A DNA stretch of 64,000 nucleotides from contig OY969706.1 of the NCBI GenBank assembly GCA_963702095.1, positions 1,920,001-1,984,000 of the forward strand. Reading direction: 5' to 3'. Under the pieces are notes generated by a model that did not search any database, was not told where the DNA came from, and saw only the letters and a list, made by a program, of their open reading frames with translations. This DNA comes from Candidatus Bathyarchaeota archaeon. Its GTDB lineage: Archaea > Thermoproteota > Bathyarchaeia > Bathyarchaeales > Bathycorpusculaceae. Positions 57,034-64,000 of this stretch are shown here, piece after piece (the stretch's first letter is position 1; every line of letters begins with the position of its first letter). The position numbers and the translations under genes are program-made.

Positions 57034-58239
57034 TTGAAGCCGTTTAGCTTTGTCCACGCATCCGACCTCCACTTGGGATACGCCCAGTACGGGCTGGAAC
57101 AACGCAGACAAGACTTCGACAACGCGTTTAGCGAAGTCGTCGACAAAACAATCAAACTCAAACCCGACTTCATGATAATCGCCGGCGACCTCTTTCACCA
57201 AGCCCGACCCAGCAACCACACCTTAGAAAACACCATACGCAGCTTCAAACGCCTAAAAGACGCCGGCATCCCCGTCTTAACCGTCGACGGCAGCCACGAC
57301 TCCGCACCCAACACCATAACCAGCACCATCCTCTACCCCCTCGACAGCGCAGGCTTAATCTTCCATCTGCCAAGGCACCGCGGCGCATGCTGGAGCAAAC
57401 CCGGCTGCTGCTACGTGTATGGCATCCCCAACTACCACAACCGCCACAAAACCGAAGAAGCCCTGCCCAAATTCATGGAGGAAAACCCGCCTACACCCCA
57501 AACGGACGTCGCAGACATCTTTGTTTTCCATGGCGCCGTTGACCTCCCAGACATAAAACCACCCTACATTGAAGCGGAAATATCGCCTGAGTTGCTGCCG
57601 GATGGCTTCTGCTACTATGCGGCGGGGCACATACATGACCGTCACATGGGCAAATTCAAAAGCGGCATCTTAGTGTACAGCGGATGCACCGAGTCAGTGG
57701 GCTACGATGAAGCTAAAATCGCCAAAGGCTTCTACCATGTCCAAGTTGACGCGAAAGGACAAGCGTCGCCAGAACTGATAGAGTTAACTTCGCCCCGCAG
57801 ATTCATCATACTAGACGAGGATTATTCGGGGATGGCTTCTGCTAAGATTACTGAGCAAGCGGTCCAGATGGTTAAAGACGCCGACGAAGCAGACGCAATA
57901 ATCATCCCTGTCCTCAGAGGCACCTTGCCCGTGGAAGCCAGCCGCGCCGAAGTCGATGTACCCAAAATCCGCGGCGCCGCACAGAAAGCCCTCCTCGTAC
58001 ACCCCATCGTTCAACTTAAGGAAACAGCGGTCTCCGACGAAGTCGTCGCCTCCATCTTCGAGGGCGGAGTTAAGGACCTTAAAACCAAGGCGTTTGACTA
58101 TTTTATGCAGATTTTCTGTGACCGATACAGCAAAGAAGACGCCGAAAGAATAGCCCACGGCGCCTTGGGCTTAATTGACCCTTTAGCACGTAAACAGGAA
58201 GAGCGAGTCCGCCAAGCCATAGAGGAGCTGGCGAAATGA
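57034..58239 (+). CDS. mre11: DNA double-strand break repair nuclease Mre11
   Basis: SDLHLG, AGDLF, GSHD, FHG, GHIH, YSG; upstream of rad50. Confidence 0.92.
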   Translation: MKPFSFVHASDLHLGYAQYGLEQRRQDFDNAFSEVVDKTIKLKPDFMIIAGDLFHQARPSNHTLENTIRSFKRLKDAGIPVLTVDGSHDSAPNTITSTILYPLDSAGLIFHLPRHRGACWSKPGCCYVYGIPNYHNRHKTEEALPKFMEENPPTPQTDVADIFVFHGAVDLPDIKPPYIEAEISPELLPDGFCYYAAGHIHDRHMGKFKSGILVYSGCTESVGYDEAKIAKGFYHVQVDAKGQASPELIELTSPRRFIILDEDYSGMASAKITEQAVQMVKDADEADAIIIPVLRGTLPVEASRAEVDVPKIRGAAQKALLVHPIVQLKETAVSDEVVASIFEGGVKDLKTKAFDYFMQIFCDRYSKEDAERIAHGALGLIDPLARKQEERVRQAIEELAK

Positions 58240-60331
58240 AAATAGACGTCGTGCAGCTCGAGAACATCCGCAGCCACATCAAATCCACCGTACCCTGCAC
58301 ACGAGGCTTCAACTGCGTCGTCGGCGGTGTAGGCTGCGGCAAATCCAGCGTGCTGTACGCTTTGGACTTCGCGTTTTTCGGCGACTCCGTGGGACGTAGC
58401 TTTGACTATTTGATGCGGGAAGGCGAAGACTCGTGCAGAGTCACCGTGCAGTTCACCCATAACGGCAGCACCTACAAGTTAACTCGCGGCTTAAAACGCA
58501 AAGGCAAAGGAATAAGCCAAGATTTTGAGCAGCTAAAACTCTGGGAGGACGAGAAACTCGTCGCCAGCATGAAAACCGAAGCCATCGCCGAACAATTCAA
58601 AGCCATCACGGGGCTCGATAAGGAGCTTTACCGCGAGATTGTTTGGTTCCGTCAAGAACACCTAAAAGAACTCCTCGACGCGGCACCACGTGACCGTCAG
58701 AGGCGGCTCGATGAACTCTTCGGTTTATCGGACTATGAGGTTGCATGGAGCAACATCGCCCATTACCAGCGCGACTATGAAACCGAAAAACGCCTCCTCG
58801 AAAAAGACCCCGACGTCAACGGATTGGAGAAACTCAACGCCGACTATAACAGGGCAAGCGAAGAATTCACCCTCCTCGAAATGGATTTAGAAGAATCAAC
58901 ACAGAAACTCGCAGTTGCAAAATGGGGGCTCGAAGATGCTAACCAGCGGCTCAAGCGTTGTGAAGAGAAAAAGCTTGCCCTTGAGGATCTTAAACGCAGA
59001 GAAACACGCTTAAACGCAAACATCTCTAACCACACACGCACTTTAGCGTCGCTTACAGAGCAGGTTGAAGGCAAAAAAACCATAATTGACAACCTTCTCC
59101 AGCGTCAGGCGTCATTGGATTCTCAGATGAAGCTGTGTTTGGGCAAGCTTGAGCAGGCTGGGCTGCCAACAAACCAGCCCATCGACGAGTTAGGCGCCTA
59201 CTTATTGGGTTTCGACGACAAAATCTCCCAGTTACGCGCGGAGCAAGAAGCCACTTCACGGAGCATGCAGCAGGACCAGAAAAGAGTCGCCACCCTCTCG
59301 GAAGCCGCACAGGAGAGCAAATGCCCCATCTGCAACCAACCCCTCATGGGCACCTACAAAACCGATCTGCTCCAAAGCATCAAACAGGAAAACACTGAAC
59401 GGGAAAAAACCATCAACCACCTTCGCCTCGAAGTTGCGTCGCAACAGAAAACCAAAACCCTTGCCAACGACGCTTACAGTGGCCTCCAAACTTGCCTGAC
59501 GCGAGGTGCAGATTTGAAGGCTCGCATCGGCGAAGAAGAAGGCAACCTGAAAAATATTTCAGTGCAGCTTGAGAGTCAGCAGCGGCTTGGCGCTGATGAT
59601 CAGAAAGAACTTGAAGCGCTGCTGGTGGAAATAGGCAAATTCGACCTCTCAGAGCTTCAGGCGGCTAAAGACAGGAAAGACCAAGCTCTCAAACAGTACT
59701 ACGCCGTTGAATATAACCTCAAAAACAAAGAGAGTCGCAAAGCGGACTTAGCCGCCGCTTAGACGAAACCAAAGAGCGAATCGGCATAGCGCAGGAGAAA
59801 CTGGAGCGGATGGAAAGAATCCGCCGCACCGTCGAGCTCTTGGGTGCCATCCGAGACGCCTACCGCAGTATCCAACCTAAACTACGAAGCGAATTCGTCA
59901 AGGTTCTGCGCAACTTTGTCCAGCAAGTCCTCGACAGCTTAGTCGGCGGCGAAGGCCCCATGCTAAACGTAGTCATCGACGAAACCTATACGCCGTATGT
60001 GAAGAGTGAGGCAGGGGTGGACCGTGAAGTCAGCAACCTCTCGGGTGGCGAACGCACGTTGTTGGCGTTTGCTTACCGGTTGGGACTGGGACAGTTGATT
60101 ATGCAGTCGCGTACGGGGCACGGGTTGAGCATGCTGGTGCTGGATGAGCCTACAGAGAACTTGGGCAGTGAAGACGGCAGCATTGAGCGGTTGGCGGAAG
60201 CCATCGGCAAATTCAAAGCCATCGAGCAAATCATTGCGGTGACGCATAGTGAGGCGTTTGCGGCTAAGGCGGATCATGTGGTTACTTTGGAGAAAGAGGC
60301 GGGAGTCAGCAAAATTTCAATCGAGCGGTAG
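58236..60331 (+). CDS. rad50: DNA double-strand break repair ATPase Rad50; single-base frameshift near 59755
   Basis: ENIRSH, GGVGCGKSS, coiled coils, CPIC zinc hook; RRLDETKER...LSGGE, LVLDEPT, VTH in the second frame. Confidence 0.92.
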
Positions 60332-60495
60332 TTTTTCTCCTTTTTTCGTCCTGGATTCTGGGTTGTTCGGTAACATTTTATACTTTTGTAAGCTTTTTTC
60401 TTAAATAAATTGATATTTTTAAATTGGTAGCCGTATTTTTTGAAAAAGCTTATATTGATTTTAGTTGAACAAAGTAACAAGTAATCGGTGATTCA

Positions 60496-61026
60496 ATGAA
60501 TAAAAAAACAATCTATATAGTTGTCGCAGTTTTGGTTGTCGTGATTGTTGTCGGCGTAGCCGGCGTTCTGTTATTAAACAATAATAACGGAAACAATGAA
60601 ACAACTCCAACACCAACTCCGACCCCCGCAACCGTCGTTGACGCGAGTACTCTACAATTCAATGTAGCTGAAGACACAAATGGTGCAGTAGTGAACTTTG
60701 AGTTTTCAGCTAAGGACGTACACACTTCAACGGTTGAATTACGAGTAAACATACCAAGTGACTCCGGCAACTACACATACATTTTAAATGCGGGCACTGA
60801 AGAATCATACATCAGTATGGACGATGGCGCTACATGGACTCCGAGTGACTTCACTGTCGACTGGCCATCTGTTGGCGCAATATTCGAAGAAGCAGTAACT
60901 CAACTGGTCCACTGGAACGGTATTGACGCAACCTATTCATACACCGCCTCAACAGGCTCTTCGAACGTTGTCTCAGACATCGTTGTTAATCCAACACTTG
61001 CAGATTCATTATTCGCAACGAGTTAA
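60496..61026 (+). CDS. Membrane-anchored hypothetical protein
   Basis: N-terminal TM, PT linker, acidic domain. Confidence 0.7.
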   Translation: MNKKTIYIVVAVLVVVIVVGVAGVLLLNNNNGNNETTPTPTPTPATVVDASTLQFNVAEDTNGAVVNFEFSAKDVHTSTVELRVNIPSDSGNYTYILNAGTEESYISMDDGATWTPSDFTVDWPSVGAIFEEAVTQLVHWNGIDATYSYTASTGSSNVVSDIVVNPTLADSLFATS

Positions 61027-61194
61027 ACCATAGTTGGTTTTTAAACCAACCCCCTCTTTTCCTTTTTTGACTGCAACCTGATGCTAAAAATAATTGCGTT
61101 TTTTTGTCGTCTGCTCCTTTTAATTCAACCAGTAGTAGTCTGCGGTTGAGCAAAAATTAATAAGGGTAGGGCTGGATAAACCATCCCTAAACCA

Positions 61195-62184
61195 TTGGGG
61201 AAAAGAGGGGCAGACTTGAACCTAAAAAAAATCGCCGTAATAGCAACCATCGCTGTCATTGTTTTGGCAGCGTTTATCTACGTGTATTATTCAACCAACA
61301 CCTCCGCATCACAAAGTGAGGAGGGCATAACGATAACAGATGCTGAAGGGTACCAAACCACCCTCACAGCTGTTCCACAAAGAATCATTTCACTGGCACC
61401 CAGTGTGACACCCATCCTCTACCAGATAGGCGTCGGAGACAAAGTAGTTGGACTAACAGAATATGACAATTATCCATACAACTTCACAGCGTGGTTTGAA
61501 GCAGGAAACATGACCTGTGCCGGCGGTTTCTCAACACCCAACATGGAAGCAATCGCCTCACTTGCCCCCGACGTAATCTTCACAACCAACATAAACGACC
61601 AGTATATACCCAACATGCGCGAACTCGGCTACAAAGTAATAGTAGTCGGCCCCACCAGCATACAAGGCGTCTACGACACCATCAACATGATTGGAAAAGC
61701 AACAGGCACACAAACCGGCGCAGCCACCCTAGTTGACTCCTTAGGCAACCAGATCAGCGGCATAACCGAGAAGATAGCTGCGGCAGGCATAACTGAGAAG
61801 CCAAAAGTGTACTATGAAGTATGGTATGACTCCGCAAGCATCATGGCAGCTGGAGGAGGCTCATGGATCAACGATGTAATCTCAACAGCAGGCGGAATCA
61901 ACATATTTGCCAACGAAACCACAGAGTTCCCAAGCAGCAGTTCCGAAGTGATTGTTAAAGACAATCCAGATGTAATCCTTATACCCACAAACATGGGCGA
62001 CTACCATGGAAGCATTGACGATATTAAAGCTAGACCAGGCTGGAACGCAATAAACGCAGTGAAAAACAACCGCATATACATAATCGACGAAGACGTTTTC
62101 AATCAAGCTGGAATCAGAATTGCAGATCAGGTCCAAGCAGTGGCAGAAAGCCTCTACCCCAACCTTTTTAATTCCTCTTCTTAA
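61195..62184 (+). CDS. Cobalamin/iron-chelate ABC substrate-binding protein (BtuF-like)
   Basis: PQRIISLAPS, PNMEAIASLAPD, INAVKNNRIY. Confidence 0.88.
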   Translation: MGKRGADLNLKKIAVIATIAVIVLAAFIYVYYSTNTSASQSEEGITITDAEGYQTTLTAVPQRIISLAPSVTPILYQIGVGDKVVGLTEYDNYPYNFTAWFEAGNMTCAGGFSTPNMEAIASLAPDVIFTTNINDQYIPNMRELGYKVIVVGPTSIQGVYDTINMIGKATGTQTGAATLVDSLGNQISGITEKIAAAGITEKPKVYYEVWYDSASIMAAGGGSWINDVISTAGGINIFANETTEFPSSSSEVIVKDNPDVILIPTNMGDYHGSIDDIKARPGWNAINAVKNNRIYIIDEDVFNQAGIRIADQVQAVAESLYPNLFNSSS

Positions 62185-62201
62185 GTTAGTGTGGAAAAAT
62201 A

Positions 62202-63278
62202 TTGACAAATGACATCCAAACCGCCTATTCAAAAAGGTCAAAACGTTGGAAACTTATCCTGCTTGGACTAGTAATTACACTGGTTTTTACAGTAATCGTT
62301 TCCCTAAACATTGGGTATGCACCTATTCCATTCTCTGAAATCATCGCAATTCTGGGCAACCATATCCCGTTCGTGGGTGGTGGAGTTAGCCCCGACTCCA
62401 TTTCAGCGGTCAACCAAGCAATCATCATAGACATTCGGCTTCCAAGAATCTTGGCCGGTGTACTTATCGGTGCCGCCCTAGCCACGGCAGGCGTGCTTTA
62501 TCAGGGTGTCTTCAAAAACCCAATGGCTGACCCCTACGTTTTAGGAGTTTCCGCAGGCGCTGCCCTGGGCGCTGGACTGGGTATAATGTTTGGTGCGGGC
62601 TTGAGTTTGCTGGGTTTTCCCATTGTTCAAACCACTGCGTTCATCGCCGCATTGGTCACTATCTTTGTGGTGTATAACATTTCAAGAGTAGGTACAAGGG
62701 TTCCGGAAATGACTCTACTGCTTTCAGGCATTGCCATTACCATCTTCCTCTCAGCTTTATTCCAGATACTGCAGGTTATTGCCCCCAACACTCAACTGCA
62801 TGCTCTAGTGTACTGGCTAATAGGTGGCATATCAAACATAACTTGGGGTGCCTGGTGGTCGATTTTCCCCTTCATTTTTGCGGGAATATTGTTGTCGTAT
62901 TTTTTCGCTCGAGACCTAAACATGATTGCCATGGGTGAGGACACCGCGCAGCATTTAGGCGTCAACACTGAGAGAACCAAACAGATCTTGTTGGCTCTGG
63001 GTTCAATGGTGACGGCTGCAGCAGTATCTATAAGTGGCCTCATCGGATTTGTTGGGTTAATGATTCCCCACATAACCAGACTAATATTCGGCCCTGACCA
63101 TCGAATCCTAATACCTGCCTCAGTCGTCATAGGCGCCATCTTCCTAGTAATCTGTGACGCAATCGCAAGAGTAGCCACCGGCGCTATTGAATTGCCCGTC
63201 GGCGCTATAACCGCCCTTGCAGGCGGACCCTTCTTCATATTCCTACTTAGAAGAAAAAAGACAAGCTACCGCATGTAG
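62202..63278 (+). CDS. Cobalamin/iron-chelate ABC permease (BtuC/FecCD)
   Basis: IRLPR, FKNPMADPYVLGVSAGA, GLIGFVGLMIPH, ELPVG. Confidence 0.92.
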   Translation: MTNDIQTAYSKRSKRWKLILLGLVITLVFTVIVSLNIGYAPIPFSEIIAILGNHIPFVGGGVSPDSISAVNQAIIIDIRLPRILAGVLIGAALATAGVLYQGVFKNPMADPYVLGVSAGAALGAGLGIMFGAGLSLLGFPIVQTTAFIAALVTIFVVYNISRVGTRVPEMTLLLSGIAITIFLSALFQILQVIAPNTQLHALVYWLIGGISNITWGAWWSIFPFIFAGILLSYFFARDLNMIAMGEDTAQHLGVNTERTKQILLALGSMVTAAAVSISGLIGFVGLMIPHITRLIFGPDHRILIPASVVIGAIFLVICDAIARVATGAIELPVGAITALAGGPFFIFLLRRKKTSYRM

Positions 63279-63288
63279 AGTGAACCTG

Positions 63289-64000
63289 ATGGTTACGTTA
63301 AACGTGAATAGTGTCGAATGCCGTTACGGCTCCACTAAGATACTGTCAGACATCAACTTGACGGTTAAGCCAGGGGATTTTATAGGGATCCTAGGACCCA
63401 ACGGGTCGGGAAAAACAACTCTCCTAAAAAGCATAAGCAGAGTCCTCAAACCCTACGGCGGCTCCATCTTAATCGATAAAGAAGACATTTACCAACTAAA
63501 ACCTCTTGACGTCGCCAAAAACATGGCAGTAGTTCCCCAAGACACCGCTGTCGGCTTCAACTTCTCCGTCTTAGACGTCGTTTTGATGGGACGAAACCCC
63601 CACATGGGACACTTCCAAATGGAATCCCCAAAAGACGTTGAAATCGCCCGAAAAGCAATGGAATTAACCAACACATGGAGCTTGGCACAGAGACCCATCC
63701 AAGAATTAAGCGGTGGAGAACGCCAACGCGTCATAATCGCCCGTGCTTTGGCTCAGGAACCGAAAATTTTGCTTTTAGACGAACCCATGAGTCACCTAGA
63801 CATAATTAACCAGTTAGAAGTCATGGACCTCATCAAAAGCCTATGTGTAAACAACGGTTTGATGGTTTTAGCGGTTATCCATGACCTCAACATGGCGGCA
63901 CGTTACTGCAACACAGCCGTGATGCTCAAAAACGGAAAAGTTTACGCGCTGGGCCAAATAGAAAGTGTGTTGACAAGCGAAAACATCCGCAGCGTCTTTG
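63289..64000 (+). CDS. Cobalamin/iron-chelate ABC ATPase (BtuD/FepC-like), truncated by the window end
   Basis: Manual translation MVTLNVNSVECRYG...GPNGSGKTT...LSGGERQR...LLLDEP...IHDLN. Confidence 0.92.
   Translation, partial: MVTLNVNSVECRYGSTKILSDINLTVKPGDFIGILGPNGSGKTTLLKSISRVLKPYGGSILIDKEDIYQLKPLDVAKNMAVVPQDTAVGFNFSVLDVVLMGRNPHMGHFQMESPKDVEIARKAMELTNTWSLAQRPIQELSGGERQRVIIARALAQEPKILLLDEPMSHLDIINQLEVMDLIKSLCVNNGLMVLAVIHDLNMAARYCNTAVMLKNGKVYALGQIESVLTSENIRSVF

Noticed and set aside
61030-61195. Cobalamin riboswitch upstream of the btu-like operon
   Set aside because: Leader is too short and has no B12-box or GGGAA core
1-64000. CRISPR array, cas genes, rRNA, reverse transcriptase or integrase
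   Set aside because: No regularly spaced direct repeats or recognisable motifs for these were seen

Overview
Archaeal chromosomal window, inferred to be a Bathyarchaeia-like TACK archaeon from the proteasome alpha subunit, archaeal SRP RNA, uS10, Mre11/Rad50 and TATA-type promoters. The first ~31 kb is mostly housekeeping and envelope genes: pncB, glycosyltransferases, a MacB-type ABC transporter, tRNA-Lys(CTT), psmA, cutA, and a trpEGDCBA operon that lacks trpF and is preceded by paired TGTACA TRP boxes. An accessory region (~31.4-55 kb) begins right after the SRP RNA. It holds a toxin-antitoxin cluster, many Cys-rich microproteins below the ORF-track cut-off, and a collapsed tailed-provirus relic. 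Its best-defined element is a 6,066-bp cargo transposon (41349-47414) with one intact IS6-like DDE transposase, an exact 8-bp target duplication (CTTACCCA) and three iterated 18-19 bp motifs at each end. Its cargo is a fused R-M gene, a Zn-ribbon gene with an operator-like array, and a STAS/HATPase kinase pair. Two dispersed intergenic repeat families that I do not recognise are also present; one has five ~130-bp fixed-length copies with compensatory base-pair changes. The window ends with rpsJ, mre11-rad50 and a BtuFCD-type transporter. Scattered single-base frameshifts (trpB, rad50 and others) are probably assembly indels. All calls come from reading the sequence by eye; no searches were run.
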